Source: Haplodiscus bocki (taxonomy: Eukaryota). Taken from it: a stretch of DNA of 64,000 bases. Where the stretch lies: contig OZ296648.1 of NCBI GenBank assembly GCA_965655095.1, forward strand, positions 155,682,001-155,746,000. Direction: 5' to 3'. The notes under the pieces were generated by a model. That model was not told the DNA's origin. It ran no database searches and worked only from the letters and a program-made list of their open reading frames with translations. A program made the translations under genes and the position numbers. Shown one piece after another: positions 1 to 15,400 of the stretch. Every line of letters begins with the position of its first letter. Positions within the stretch are counted from its first letter, which is position 1.

Positions 1-3000
1 CTGATGGCATTTTGTTGGTAGGATTTTGTAATTTTACAAAAAATTTTACTGAAGATTGGGTCGATTCCAAGTGAGAAGAGCGTCTTAACCAAAAAAAGTC
101 AAGGTAATAGTCAGCATTTTTGAAAACGGCGCCTAAAGATAGTCTATTCATTGTAATAGCCGGCAATTTTTCAGTGGAGGGTCGACTAAAAATACGAAAC
201 AAAACAATGACGGCATGTACAATATTCTGCAATGTCATCACTGAACCTAGTTGCCCTCTTTTTTACCCTCTAAACTGTACAAACTGCAGTCACATTGAGA
301 TATGACTTTAATTGACGCATACCGCAATCAGTTAACGTTTCACTGGTGAGGTTTTATTAAAGAACAGCAGTTTTTCAAAAATTTCCCGGGGAAATGGAAT
401 GATAGTTGGAGTAACACAGAATATGATTGAAATAGGGAAGGCATTACTGACTTGTTTGTTATATCCCGTGTCCGTATTTGTTCTTTCCCAGTTAAATAGT
501 TTTAATTTGTCACCGTTTTCTGTGATTGCCGCTTTGCATTGGCTGCTATGTCTCTGGTGAGGAACAGCAGTACAACCGATTGTCTTGCTTGTCCATTCCG
601 TGCTGCAACGTACAAATATTTGTGGCAGTGGCTTCCGAGTAAGCGGGGATTTGTGATTGTTGTATGATTCGGCGGCAGTTTTAAATTCCATCCCTCTTCT
701 TTGCTTCCTTTCATTTTCATTCTATTTCATACATTACCATAAAGTCACTGCTAGTTAGTAGTCATACTTAGGGTGGCTGCCAACTGCGGCTGCTACTGCT
801 ACCGTCATATCTAGTTATTTGAACAGGACCGGACATAAACCAGAGCGAGGAGTTATTACCACTTGGTTGGTTAGTTATAACCACTAATACCTTAGTTAGT
901 CTCTCAGGAATGAAAACAAGTTAGCCAGCGTCACTGCACAAAGTATCAGTATTATACCATTCAATCTTTCCTTTCTTCATTCATTCGCTCCTAACATCTT
1001 TGTCGTAATAATAGTAGTTAGAATCAGTTATTCAATTCCTACCAGTTGGTTTTGATACCAATTACTACAAATTTACAACCCTCAATGACTTTACAGAACT
1101 AGTTTCATTGATGGGTTGTCCGGATTCAGGCTCGAGTTAGTTTTCATCAACAATCTTTGAGTCAGCGGAGTATTAAATATGTTGTATTGGCACGCATATT
1201 CAATACGCTACTTTAGCGTAGAACCGATAATTTGATCATTTTTCGCCTCTTTAGGTTTGCAATTCCATGACTATTAGGCTGTAAAAAATATATTTAAATA
1301 TTACTTTAAATAGAAAAAATTGAATATTTGAAAACAAATTAAATCATTTCTCAGCGGGAAATTGTATTCAATGTAAGTCTTTGAATTCCTCAACTAAATT
1401 ATCAAAAGTTTCAACAAAACTAACGTTTAAAAAGTTCCAATTCGATTCTTTAACTTTATTGTGTACATTTGTTCTTCAAGGTGAACTGACAGAGTGGACT
1501 TTCTGTTATTTTTCGAGGCTAATTTGAATAATAAAAATTGTTTTTCTGTGAAAACAATAGTTGTCACACAAATTGTTTATTTACTTTTATCTACTTACTT
1601 TTACTTATTTACTTTTATTTAGTTTTTATGTTTTATCTAAATTATTAAGAATTCGGAAATTTTCAATTTTACGCAGTAATTATAGCGTTACTCGGATTTT
1701 TTATATATGTACTTTTGTATATATGTACTTTTGAAATATATTGCAAGTTCATCCATTTTTTCGTCGACACTTTTTCTCGAACTGTTCTCTCTCGATAACG
1801 TCTGTTATTTCCTCAATGACAAGCTCAAAAGATGCTTTTATATGGGCGGGCGGAACATGTGCCAGAGCAGGTGACATTCGAAGTGCCAAGCTGAATTCGG
1901 GAAAATTTTCGTAATAAGTTTTCAATGTCGATCAGTTGGGGCAGGTATTTGAAAACACATCGCTTTTTGTCGTTTTCGAGAGACTGCTCGCAACAGGTTG
2001 TCTTTTGGCATTGCAAGCTGAACTGCATAATCATCCGAAATCTGGTATATTTCATTGGCAATTGCCACAGTTGGTGTTGAATATTGGGCTTTTTTTAATT
2101 TGGTTCACAACTTCTTGCAATTTTTCCGCCTCGGTTTGATTCTATAATTTGAACTTGCATTTTGGAACGTCTGATAGGTGCTGCTACTGGATTACTGAAC
2201 GGCTCAGAATTTTTACACAATTTCGATTACGATTAGGTGCGAACTGTGTTAGTTTCCTTTTATCGGTGTGTTAATTGCTGAATCCGGTAGCTACGACGCT
2301 TTTGTATTCAAACCTTAATTATTACGTGTAAAAAGGATTAATCTTAATTACACTTAGTTACTGTAATTAATTGATTACTAGATAATTGAAGCGGTTGAAA
2401 TGACATAGGACGAAATGTCCTGACACCGCGTGGGAGTACCAGAGGGACCATATGGATCCTCACACTAACGGGAGCGCGCAAATCGAAAAACTTTCGACCC
2501 AGTCAATATACTTATACGAGTGCAAACGACGGGAACTTTGATTTTCATCTATGTCAATTCGCGGGAAAACGGATTAAAGGGCAAGTGAGACCCTATGGTA
2601 ATCTGAAAAATTTTCCGAAGTCTTATCCAACTTAGGCGGCTGTTTTTATGATAAACATTTTTTTACAGCGCTGATGTCAGTCCAGTCATTTGTAGCTTTG
2701 AAAATGAGCAAAACGTGCTCTCATAGCCGAAGCATTAACCACCTATTCAACGATATTTTCGACACTGACCAGAGAGCCCCGTGTAGTAGCCTTGGTCGTC
2801 GTTGACAATTGAATGCATTCATTCCAGTTCAAGGAATGGAATAGTAAGCAGAAGAGGGGACCAAATTACAATAAGTTTACACAGTTATTGTATTTGACAG
2901 CTAATAAATGTGTGTTATTGCAGCCGCTGCCACTTGCTACTTTTTATTTTCTTTTATTGCTTACTGCCTCTTAAATGTAACGGCACCACTTACCTATACT

Positions 3001-6000
3001 TCTACATTAAATTGCTCTCCTTGCCTTTTGGTTTATCAACCCCCGTCCCTCCCCCGTTTCTCAACTATTTCTATAAACCTCTACACCAACTCTCCTCAAC
3101 ACAGTGTTGCCTGTCTTTTCAACCTCCAACTCATTATCGCCTCACTTCCTGTTTTACCATATTCTAAATTGAGATGATTTGCTTGCAATTTGCGGACCAA
3201 AATTCAGCTTCGTTTTTGTTTCTTGTCTTCCTTACCTTTGTTTTAAATATTTTTTGCTTCATTTTTTTTTGCTTTTGCGAAAACATTAGAGATTTTTGGT
3301 GCATCTAGCAATTGTTCACATTTCTTGTGCTTTCAATTCCATAAAAAAAGCAATTTGGTTTCTTCCCAATAAATGCTCAGGTAAAGAAAATGTTGTCTGT
3401 TGTCGTTGTTGCCTGCCAAACAGCAACCCATTTTAATGCAGCATCTCCCATTACGGCTGTTCCTTTCCGTACTGTAATTTGATTTTGTTCAAGGTTTTCC
3501 GTTTCTTTTTTTGCAGCTCCTTCCGGTAACAGGTTGCTCATGTAACCAACCGAAGTGTCTCAATCATTAAACGAACATTTAACGGTTTCAGTAATTATAG
3601 TTGAATCAATTTATGTTCCGTTTCCCGCGTAATATTTTGTTTTTTGTAGTTTTCTCTCTGTCGTCGAGCCGACGTTGTTCTCAACAAAGTGCATTCTGTA
3701 TGACTTAGTTTCCTTTTTGTCCCCAACGTGTTTTAGACGGGGGAACGAAAGAAGCAATAAAAATGGCGTTTCGCATGGATCTAAAATGTGATTCTCCGTG
3801 TTTCACGCGGCAAACTAAACAGCTCCATTTCGTTGCTTAAGTCCGTAATCACTCATTTTATTTATCACCATCATCATTTGCAGGTGTAACAACGACAATG
3901 GCGATAGTAGTGACAGCGTTCTTGGCCACCACACATACACACAAGTACATTCTCTCGTACTTCTTTCATCTTATCCCCAAATCTAATCATTCTCAAAAAT
4001 CCCCAAGTCATCCTTTTACTCTTTTTGCGCTATAAGGCATTGACAACAGCTGCAGTTGTAGCAGCATTGCAGCAGACAATTCATTTCCCACGCTTATTTA
4101 TGCAAATGCATACTATCGTACTTTTAGGTTTCAAACATCGTTTTCTCCGTTACTTTTGGAAACGTGTGTTGAGAGCATTGATTTTTGGTGTTATACACTT
4201 TTTTGGAATTCAGATTGCATTAATTTTTAATGAATTATCAGATTTTGAACAATGTCTCTTGTATGTATACTGCCCCAAAATCAAAGAAGAGAAAACACCT
4301 GGTAATTTCTGAAGACGTAACTGCTCAATAAAGTTGATCAGTTCTGTGTATCGGCCAAACACCTTTGACAGAAATGACATCGCTTTATTTGCGTTTTTAA
4401 AGGAACTACATCGATTTTTTTTCTTTTCATGAAAGTATGGATTGCATAAACAAATTTTTTGAATGATTGCTGAAAACAGTTTTAAAATGATCAACTAAAA
4501 ACAGGGTTTTCGATGTCCTAAAATTTGCCTGTCACATTTTTCCAAACTAAAAGTTGATATTGTTTCTTCAGAACTATTTTTAGTCGGCGCTTTACAATTC
4601 AGCGGAAGTGCCGGATAATTAGAGTGACTAGTTTCAATGTTTTTTAACCGCGTATTTGATGAAAATGAGTCGGTTTTTTGCACTCCCAAAGGAAAAGTTG
4701 TCCCAAAGGAAGGCCATATCTAACTACTAAGCAGTACAGAAAACGTAAAAATAACGTATTTATATACGGAAGAATTTCGGATCGAATCGACAATTACATT
4801 ATAGCAAGAATTTTTGAAAGGCTAATTCTAATATCTGAACTAATGACGTCCTAAGGCAGTAAAAATTTTACCAAAGAGTACCTCTATTGATTTTAGGGCG
4901 CTATGAGGCCGAATTTTTGGAAAAAAATATATATAAGTTTGACAAATTTTTGTCGGAAAACAGTTTTTCAAAAAGAACGGACCCCATGGATATTTTGCCC
5001 CTCAAGTGCGGGGCTGACTTGGGCCGTTCACCTATTACTCATTTCATATGGAGTACTTGTAAGGGCTTTGAAATTATATTAGAGTATCTATTTCCTCGAT
5101 ACGAATAACTGGGAACTATAATTTGAGAAACCTATTGAAGGTAGTTCAAGAATATCAAAAAATATCTGATGTTAATTTTTTTAGTAGGCGCTTAGCTTTC
5201 AAGTAAAATCCCAATTATAACAGTACTTAAAGATAAAAGATAGCTGTGCTCGCTCTCTCGGACATATTTACTAAAATCAACGTAAAAACCTTCAGCACAG
5301 TACTGGCTGACAATCAGTTTAACATGCCAAATGCCAACTTAAGAAACCCTCGGTTTGCGACTACAAAAAAATCGTAGAAGCGAATTTTTATTTTTTAAGG
5401 TTTAAATTCGAGACATGTTTTATAATCTGTATAGCTTTTGTGATTCCATCTTTTTTTCTTGATAACCAAGTTTTGCAAATATCCAAAAATTTTGAACCAC
5501 TGGTATTCCCAAGTAATGCATAACCTACCAAAAGCACTTTTCGGGATAATTTTTTGGCAGCTCAGGAGACAAAAAAACTTTCTGACATATGTTTGTGATG
5601 CAAAAAAACTTGGGAATAGCAAACGTTTCCGAAATTTTGAACGTTACGGGCAGCTTCAATTTTGGACGGTTTCGGCTCGTTGAAAGAGGTGAATTTTAAT
5701 GGTTGCTAAATTTTACTGTAGCATCTCAACAAGTTCTACAATTTCGAATAAGGAAACCGAAGTGGAGAAAACAGGGACGGGATCGTTTTTTTTCAGACCT
5801 GATTTCTGTGGAAATGATGCTAAATCCATTGATGTTGTGTTGCTGCCATTTTTTTCGCCATTCATTGTCATACAACACCCAAAATGAAGCTTCGTTGCTT
5901 GCTTAATGGGGTTGGGCAGAGAAAACTAGAAGTTATATGATCTGTTTATTCGTTCAAAATGGTATTCAAAAATGCCATAAATGTGTGATTGGAAAGGTTT

Positions 6001-6344
6001 GCAAACCGGGTCTTTGATGGCTTTTGATTTCTTTGTTTCAAAGCTCAAGTGTGCTTTAATTTACAATTCAAGTCAATTACGTCAACTGTTGAGTCATACT
6101 TTGGTCCCCCAAAAACAGAGTTTTTAAAAAGTTTCGAAAGTTGCAATAATTGATATCTTGAAGTTTTTCTAATATGATCTTTCAATGCTCTGTGTTGCAA
6201 TTTCTTTCTTTACAGTCTCAATGGAATTGTTACAGTACAACAATTCAATTCAGTTACGTCAGGTTTTTTTGTATTTTGGTTTTAACTTTTGCACAAGCAA
6301 GTGTTATAACGAATTTTTCCGATTCGTTCGCAACTGACAAAAAT

Positions 6345-6690
6345 TCTAGATTTGATTAAAGAGTAGGGAGTGGCTTAGACTCCAACTTGGGGCCGTTCGC
6401 GCCCTATTCGCATGCTCTACTTGACTGTGCAGTTGTCGCTTGGGAATCAGTGTCTTTAAAATACGAAGCGAATGAAATGTTATAGCGTTTCTGAACTGGT
6501 ATATAAATGTAGAAAAGTTCATTGAGTTTCAAAGCATTCGTTATCTGTAGTGCTAGTAGTATTGTGGCGCCTTCAAAAACAAGTTATATTTCGTTAATTT
6601 TTTCACCAGTATTCCGTTAGTGCAAGTGTTGCGAAGCACAGGTTCGCCTGTGTGGGTAAAATAAATTTTCGGAAGATTTTAAAAGTTGCA
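6345..6690 (-). repeat. Dispersed repeat family B with tRNA-like segment, copy 1
   Basis: Colinear with 30498-30835 (ccgttcgcgcc..cgcatgctctact..tgtcgcttg; agtattccgtt..gaagcaca). Confidence 0.7.
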
Positions 6691-9600
6691 ATAGTTGATT
6701 TGAAAGTTTTCAATTTCGTTACTGGAAATGGTAAAATGTGAAGATTGGAGGGGATCAAATCAAGTTTTGCGTTATACGTTCGTTGTTAGTAATTGGAGAT
6801 CGAAAAATGGCGCTAAATGCTTTCTTTGTGTGAAAGATTCCGAATGGTTTATTTTCCAGTTTAAGTTTTCAGCTGAATTTCTTGAAAGCTGAATTGTCTT
6901 TGATTTCAAAATCTCCGTGGAAGCAATGTTTCAAAGAATTTTGCGTTAAAGTTTCGTTTTCCAAAATTGACGTTCTAAAATGGTGAAAATTCAATAGACT
7001 ATGACTTGAGATGATTTCAAAATGGGTGAATCTTCTCTTGGAACTTGTCTTTTTTTTCAGAAAAAGCGAGAATGAATAGCTTTAACGCTTCTATGGTCCA
7101 GCTCCGCAGAGACCACTTTGAAATTTGCACTTGTTGCTCCGTTTATATCTAATTACTTTTCCAGCTTCCTGATGTTAAAGTTTCAAGGTTTTTTTCTATC
7201 TCTGTTTTGGCAAAAATTCAATTTTTCGAACTTCAGGTGAAATTTAGTTGAGATTAGCAACATCTCTACAAACTTCTGAGTGACTTTTCAGTTTTCTATC
7301 TGTTTTGTCGGAGACTGAAGCCCCAGAGATTTGATGAAGTGTGTCTGTGAGTCACACGGCAAATATCGTGACAGTGAGTTTGTCCGTTTTGCTGTTGCAG
7401 GCTGTTTTTAATTCTTTTAAGCAAGCTTTGAAATGTGTTCGATAAATTTTATATACGTAAAACATTCACTTTTTTCTGCACCTCAGACTAAAGCGCTGAT
7501 GTTCAACTTTATTGTGAAGAGGATATTATAATAAACTTGCATAACCTCCGTCGATTCTATCTTTTACGCTATCTTCAATGAATTGAGGTTGTAAAAACGG
7601 GTGCCAATTGTTATACAACCTCCTAGCCATTCATATGATATAATATACCAGAACATCGATTTGATTTTAGTGTCTTTCATCTCCTAGTTAGGTTGGAAGG
7701 TTGTTAGTTCACACGGCAGATACTTTTGATGTCAACAACATACTTTTGGTGTAACATCTAAGTTTGAGAAAAGATAGGTTTGATAGATCCAGAGCTTCTT
7801 TTCTCTGATGGTTATCTAACGTCTCTTTTGTTTTGATGGCAATGTCGAGTTGCTTGGCTTTACTCAGCTACATTCACTCAACTTTAGGCACAGCAGTAAA
7901 GCAATCATGAATACGACTGACTCGGCATTGTTTCACGTCGTTTGTGAAGTTTTCTGTCTCGTACATGTACAATTGTCTAGCAAAGTTCATCTGGAGTGTT
8001 GAAAGAGGGTAGAAGCAAACTTGTTTGACTGGATCTAGAACAGTTTTCCTGTTTTTGGCAATAAAATTGTTCTTTTTTAGGGTTTTTCAAGGTTAAAATA
8101 TCATATTTGGCAATACTACTTAGAAAAATTAGTAGTTTCAGAAGGGAGTCGTTGATTCACCTCGATAGCAATATTCTTTCTAAATTTACTGACCAAAGTT
8201 TACAAGCCGTGATCAAATACTAAGCAGTGCGGAACTGCCCAGTTGCTGTATTAATGTTTCCACAACTAATTTCATTCATTTACCAATTGGTCGCCTTGTG
8301 ATTGGGAATGGTGGAAAGCAACAATTTGGACTACAACAAACATTGCTTGACTTGAGAGATTGGGGTTTAGAGACCCCTCTTTGTTTCAGGATTTGGACAG
8401 TTCCAAATTTGGGGATTGGCAAGAAGCGTCGGATAATCTGAATCTGGAGGTATCAAGATAGGAAATATTAACAAGGGCATTGGTGAAGAATTAAAGTAGC
8501 GTGTATCTATCGATGTTTTGTAATCTCTGTTGGTGTTATTGCCATTTGGGTAAAAACACTTGTGTGTTATTATCTGATTTGACTCTTCATTTTTGTAATA
8601 ACACTCACTTTCTTATCGGCTAACTACTGCGACGGCGGCCGGTCGTAGTAAGTGTTCGCTTGTTGAGGGAGGTGGGTAGCGGACTGGCAGGAATATGAAT
8701 ACATGTAGACTAGTGGGATAAAGGTACGGTTGAAGCTGCAGACAAAGGACAGAGACGACAGACCAGGCTGTAGTGGAGGTTGAATAATTGTGTTTGTGTG
8801 AAAAGTCGTTAACAAGCAATATTAGTTTAAATACATAATGTGACTTGTTAAGAGGCACCTTGTGACATAATATTGACATGCCCAGAGGTTGATTGCAAAT
8901 AAGAGAACAAACTTGTTCTAACAGTTGTTTTAATGCCAATTGTATTATCGTTTCAGGAAATGAGCGCTGTGTGTTTTGCCATAAATTTTAATTTGTTTTC
9001 CTTCACTTTCAATCCTTCTGTAATAAGTCCCACAAGCACGTTTACTCTACCCAATTTAAACCAGGCCGCTGCTGTGTTGACCACCGCTTCGTTTCTCTTC
9101 TCATTTCGTGTCTAATCTTCTCAGAATCTCCTCAGACCCACACTTAAATGCAACCAATATCAAAGCCACCGCACGCCGAATATCCTTAATACTTTTATTA
9201 CTTCTCCGCTCATTACTACTATTCATACTACTACTAACTACAACTGTCGTGTGGTACTACTTCTGTTACTATTACTACTACTAGAAGTTACTTAATTCCA
9301 TAAATCACTATGCGATTGCCTTCACTTAGTGTTCACGTTTCAATTTGCTTTCTCTCTTTATTCCCAACTTCCGCCCGATTGTTTGTGCGACGATTGATGG
9401 CGCCAATTCCATGTTTCAACACAAAATGTTAGTGCCGTTATTTGAGCCCCTGCCTCTATAAAACAAAGTTGCATATATTTTATATACCTAACATACGACA
9501 TGAATTTTTTATGGCGATATTTTTACCCCGATACCAACTTCCTCCTCTTTACGCTACCTTGAAAAGGAAATCTTTGTATCAGAAGAGAAGTCTTAGAGTC

Positions 9601-11074
9601 TGCTGCACTGCAGTGGCTCTGTAGGTACTACCTCACCGCTAGAATAAAATAGGTTCAGATTCAGTCACCGGCGATCTGAAGCTGGACGAGATAGTAGCCA
9701 CCGCGGCAGCAGCAGAGTCTGAGAAACAGAGTTGATCCAAGAATAAGGACTGTTTGTAGACCAAGACTGTGTTATGTACTGTGTTGTTCTGTGTTTGGGT
9801 ATACCGACAAAATTTCTTTAATTTCGCTCTACTTAAATTACCTGCAATCAAAGCCCAGGATTAAGAGGAAATCAGTATGAAAATGAAATACACTACATGG
9901 AGTGTCTTGTTTTTGCGGATACGTGCCTCTACCATATCGGTCCCCGGGTGTTGAAAAGGCGGTCGGCTGTGTCGGTGTTAGTGCTTTGTAGCTAACTGGT
10001 TAACAGGTATTTTATTGATTTTAAAAGGCCTTTCATTTCTTCTCTGTTTAGCACCTCCCCGATCTGTTTGTTTTGCTAACATGCACACTTCAGCTACTCC
10101 AATGGACGAAGCACATGGACTCCCGCAACAACAACAAATGAACTGGGAAAGAGAAGAAAACAGCAGTTGGTTCGTGAATGACATCACCATTTACACCGGT
10201 GACTATTCTTAGCTCCGAATTTGGGTTCGTATCCACAACGTCGAAAATAAATTTTCGGTTCCTCAACGTCGAAACCTATTCACTATTGAAACCGGCTTCG
10301 GGTCTTATCCGTTATCCCACCTGCGTATTATTTCCCCTCCCCGTTGAAGCTGTAGCTACTGCTACCAATGTATTCACTGAATTCATCTTCTGCAAGTCAG
10401 TTGACAGTGCACACAATTCACAAATCTGAAGTACCTTCTAAGAAGCTGACTGATTACTGAAACTAGTTAAACCATTTTCGGCGTTGGTTGGGTAGCATCT
10501 CCGGCTTCCATCCCATTCTATTTACGGTGTTACTTTCTTGAATCTTCAAGAGCCGGATCGGCAACCAAAATTTGGGCATCGCACGCCTGTTGCTGCTGTT
10601 CCAACAACTATTTCACCCTTCGCAAATACCGGTTATGGGTAAAATATTCCGGGTGGACTTTTAGTCCCATAAGTCCACAATGGAAATTCCAATTTCTTCT
10701 ATCGGTAGGAAATTACAGACATGATGTGTCGAACGAAATTCTTTAAATTTTCGTCTCAGTGGCAAGAGATCTGGATCCCCAAATTTCGAATTTTCAAAAA
10801 AAAAAATAAGATGAAGTAATATTTGGGGTAAAAATATTTGGGGTTTCAGTGATGAGTTCTAAAAATTGTTCGGTTGCGAAAACAACAACTTTGCGAGTTT
10901 CGGTCGCTTTTCAGCAAACATTTTGAGCCAGTAGGAGTTCGTTTCCACCCACCAGTACTTGCGGCACTTCTCTAGTTCTTTTGCGATACAATGTTGGCTT
11001 AACCGGAAAATTTTCGGAACAGGGTTCGGCAGCCTTAAATTCGAAAACATTTTCTTAACTTCTAGAAATTTTGT

Positions 11075-11078
<4 letters not shown>

Positions 11079-11116
<38 letters not shown>
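11079..11116. repeat. (TC)19 microsatellite
   Basis: Read directly from the sequence. Confidence 0.95.
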
Positions 11117-11119
<3 letters not shown>

Positions 11120-11769
11120 ACGGCTGAAACCACTTTTGATGCGTTTTATCGTTGCATCGTTGCGTTTTCTTCGACTCCCTGTTGATGGTCCTGTTGCCCA
11201 GCGTATTTGGTAATTTCCGTTTGCGAAGTATTTGCGACCATTCTCAAGCCACACTTCCGAAAGAATTCCCACAAAGAAGGCCGGCTAGCAATGGCAGAAT
11301 TTTCGCCCGACTGCTTTGTTTTATGGTCAACATTTTGCAAATGTTCGAAAAAAATAAACAATAAGAATTTGGAAGATTTTCCTCAAATATCATCTCCGCC
11401 TTTACGTCATAAATTTCTTGGCATTTTCGATTCATCAGGGCTCCTAAGCGAAATGCAAAGCCTAATTATTATCGTGGATAACTTTCTGAAAATTTTAAGA
11501 TGTCTGATGAGACCTTGATAGTAGAAATTCCAGGTGTTTGTTCTGGATAAAAATTAGTTTGAGTATCAAAAAACCGCTACAATTCGGGCCTTCAGACATT
11601 TTCGGCCCATGAGCCTTGCAAGGCAAGGAACATCTTTTGCAATATGTTTATCGAGAAGACTACAGATAAAAACTCACCGACTGATGTCTTGAATGAGATC
11701 CAGTCGGTATTTCTGGAGAATAGTAAGTTTGAACTTCGAGAAAAACCATTATTTTCTGCTCTATTCGCA

Positions 11770-12408
11770 CATTCTGATTGAAGTAAATAAATGTGTATGG
11801 CAAACTGGCCAATGCTTACTTTTAATTGGCTCGTCCAAAACTAGCATTGATAGACGTGTTCAGAGAGTCCAACAGAGTTGACTGATCTGATGTAAACAGT
11901 CTGTTTTTGCCAGGTACTTGTTGTTTTTCGCGTTGTTTGCAGTGCAAATTTCATGAACATTGGGCAGCAAGCTGTTGGCACTATTTGATTGGAATTCTTC
12001 AATTTTCATTGTTTTACCCAAAGGTCACAAGTCCTCATGTTTGACCGATAATGAAGAATTTCCTGAAGCTGTTTTTACGTCTTATGGCTATTAACTGTTC
12101 TGAAAGTTTTTTCCGCTTGTAACGTATTTTTGGGCACCTAGTTGTTCATTTTGTGCGTTCTCTACTTTGTAATTCTTTGAAACATTGAGCTGCAAATTAG
12201 CGAATCTAAAAAGACCATCTTTTCGACTATTAAACACTGTGACAGGTACTTGTCTCACCGCCGAACAACCGTTTGATTGAAATGTACTTTGGTTTTTTCG
12301 GAAAGTGTCAATCATATTTCCCATCAAGGTTCAATTTTGATGTGTAAACTCTTTCTTTGATCTCAGCTTACAAGTCAGAATGTGTTGCGAAGCTCTGCTT
12401 CGCCTCTT
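11770..12408 (+). repeat. Dispersed repeat family A, copy 1
   Basis: Shares gtccaaaac..gcatt, caggtacttg..ttttcgcgttgt and cagaat..tgcgaag..cgccc blocks, in the same order, with 22665-23200 and 28940-29730. Confidence 0.7.
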
Positions 12409-15400
12409 AACATTTTCGATCCACTACATTTTTTCAATGCCACTAGCCAAACAATTTTTTTTGTATTAAGCTACAGGTAGAATTTTTTCGACAGAACTTG
12501 AAGGAATTTTCCAGCTGGTGTTTTCCGCAGAAACATCGAGTCTGATTATCAGTACGAACCATACGAGTATGTTTTTTACAGCAATTTTGGCTTATAGCTT
12601 TCCGATCCAAGGAAGCCAATCCGAAATATTATTTTTGATTGATCCGCTGTCGGTGGGAAATCGTTCCTTGAACCTCAAATGAAAGGAACCTGTTCGTCAA
12701 ATTTAAACAAAATTAAGTTTGAAATTTTAGAGGAATCATACGAGTATGCATTTTTCGACGTATCAAGTTGCCGTTTCAGGAAATGAACCATTTTTTTATG
12801 ATTGAATAGATTTTTACAAGTAGCAAACTCTTTTTGGAGATCGTGTCGGAAAAAATCTAGTCGCTAGTTCTGGAAATGATTGAGTTTGAATGTTATTAGT
12901 ACTATTTGAATTCAGTTCCTCTCACGTTCGGCCTATCAGTTATCCTTTGCTCAGAACGAATTCGTGTTTCATTATTTAATAACTGTTTAAAAGCAGAAAA
13001 ATGTCGATTTCGCTTTTGGATAGAAGTAATCTAACCCGTTGTTTTGATCAGTATCGAGTTTCAATGTCAAAATTTGTCATACAACTGTGTAGTTTCTAGC
13101 AAATTCGAAGTCTTGGAGTTTCCGGCGCAATGAACGAAACCCAAGTTTTTGCTTCACTCAGACTTTCCAAATGTAGAAAAATTGTCAGTTTAGACGTCGA
13201 TCGAATGAAAGCAGCCGGTAGTTTTGGCCGAGTTTCGGAGATGATCCTACAATTTAACAATTTCGATCCATCAGGCTTTCGATGCATAGAATGGAATCGA
13301 CGTTATTGTATTATTTAAATTTTTATGCGTTGTTCAGATATGGAGGGAACGTGCCACTCAATGCGAGAGTTTCAACGTTTACTTCCCAAATGAAAATGTC
13401 CTTTGCCCCTACGGTTCTTAATTTGAATACTTTGTCGCCAAATTGTTGCAAATTTGCTGTAGAATGCGACTGAAATAGAAAAATTTCTAGAATGCGTTCG
13501 GAATTTGTTTTTTTTTCCAGAATCATTGAAGGTTGTAAATTTTCTGTAGATAACTATCAAATGATATTGTATCGTGAAGTTGTCTTTTGCCACCTGAATT
13601 GATTGTTGTTTTTGCAGAAATGGGATGTTTTTTTGGAAAAATATCAATATTTATTGAAAGTATTTCTTCGAAGGTGTCTTGAGCAGAGTTTGAGGGCGAG
13701 AAGTAACCTGCTGGTGGCCGCCTTTCTTGTTACAAGTGTGTGAGCGAGCGTTATAGGACCGGCTTCTATCGACTTTCAGATCCATTCAAAACTCGCATTC
13801 GTTTCCATATTTTATTGTAACTAAATTTTCCTTCATGGAATCTCGGTTTCTTGCAAAAAAACTGCTCAAGCGCTCCGGCGCAGTTGCAAAAGTTTGTTCA
13901 CGTTGCCTCTTTTCCCGTGTGTGTGTGTGTGTGTGGGCTTGTCAATTTGCGCCTTAAGATATAGGAAGAAAATCACCCACTCAACGCGAACGTTTTTCAC
14001 CCGTTGTCTGCCATTTGATAATGTCCGATGTTCGACTAATCGGACTTTTTCAGACCTCGAAGTTTTTATTATCACCAGTTTAGGGCGATTTGCCGTAGAG
14101 TGCAACTGAAGTAGTAATATTTCTCGAAATCCAAGAAGTTTGGTTTTTTTTCGAAATCGCTAAAAGTGGCATTTTTGCCGTAGAAATCATATCAATTGAT
14201 ATTATTGAAAATGTTTTTGTTCCACCTTATTTGTGTGGTTTTATTTCAAAAATCTTTTTAAAGCATCCTTACCAAAATGGGTAGGCGGAGAATATGCTGG
14301 TGGTAGCTGGCCCGTCTTGTGTCAATTATAAATCGAATGTACTTCGTTAGCTGTTCTTAGTTGTTACACTTGTCTATAGGTTTACGAGAATCAGCTGATT
14401 TTTTTCTGTTTCTGTGTAGCTGTTCAATCAGTAGTTTTCGTATTTCCGCGGCCCCTTTAAAAATTAGTCATACTTGTTCGATATATAAACTTCTGTTCCG
14501 TTGGCTCAAATGTTGCGAAGGGCAGCTTCGGCTCTGTGTTGATTGACGTTGTTTAGGTGGATATTTGTCGGTTCAAGTTAATGGAAGAAATCCAACAGAT
14601 GTTTTTGGGTGAAAATGACTTTGAGAATCGAAATTATCAAATACGGGTTGTTTTTTTAGTTTGTCGGACTATTGGAAATGCTGAACGAAATGTTCCAGGC
14701 GAAATGTCTTCAAATTGTTTTTCCGGATGTTTGAAGCTCAGAAGAAGGAAAGTGTACAGATTCTGGGAAAAGCTTTTCAGGAAAATTGTTTCGAAATCTT
14801 AAAGTGGAAATCTTTTTATATATTGAAGATACAATTTCGGACAGTCGAAAATTATCGAACGGTCCACACCTCTTCCCCACTCTTTCTAAGAAGTTTAAAA
14901 TGTGTCGCGTTTATTTATTTGCGGGGAAATTGTAGATTTTTGAGAAAACAGGCGTAGCAGCATTCGTACACCTGTGTGACTTGCTTCTAAATACAACTGT
15001 GCCTAACTCGTTTGCTTGCTTCTTGCCAAATATCACTTATGCTCTTGTGCGAATCTTTTACCAGCCCATTTTGTGTGTTTTCTTCCGAACAAAAAGTTTT
15101 GAATTTTGTAAATGTATTAAAAAGTTGTACCATTTTCGAAGTGTCTTGTTCCAAAAAAAAATTTTTATATAATGGTTTTTTGATAAATTGATCTTTGTTT
15201 TCTCAAAAAGTCACTCACATTCTTCCTAACTGGAGCAACTTTCTCGCTTATAAAATTGAATGGGAAAAGCTGGAAGAAGGTGGAGGTGCGTAATGCATCT
15301 TTCACCGGAATTTTTTAAACGTTGTTTATCTATAAAATTATTTTCGAACTGTTGGCTTCTTTTTTTGCGAAACATTCTTTTGAGCATCCGCGTTGTTATT

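Noticed and set aside
332-691. 119-aa minus-strand ORF with a possible donor (CAA|GTCAGT at 451) as first exon of a divergent gene
   Set aside because: No recognisable domain and no downstream exon in the window to confirm phase. Possible but unsupported.
11425-11530. CTGATGA...GAAA motifs on both strands resembling hammerhead ribozyme cores
   Set aside because: Stem II is imperfect or too short, and I could not build stems I/III or a cleavage triplet.
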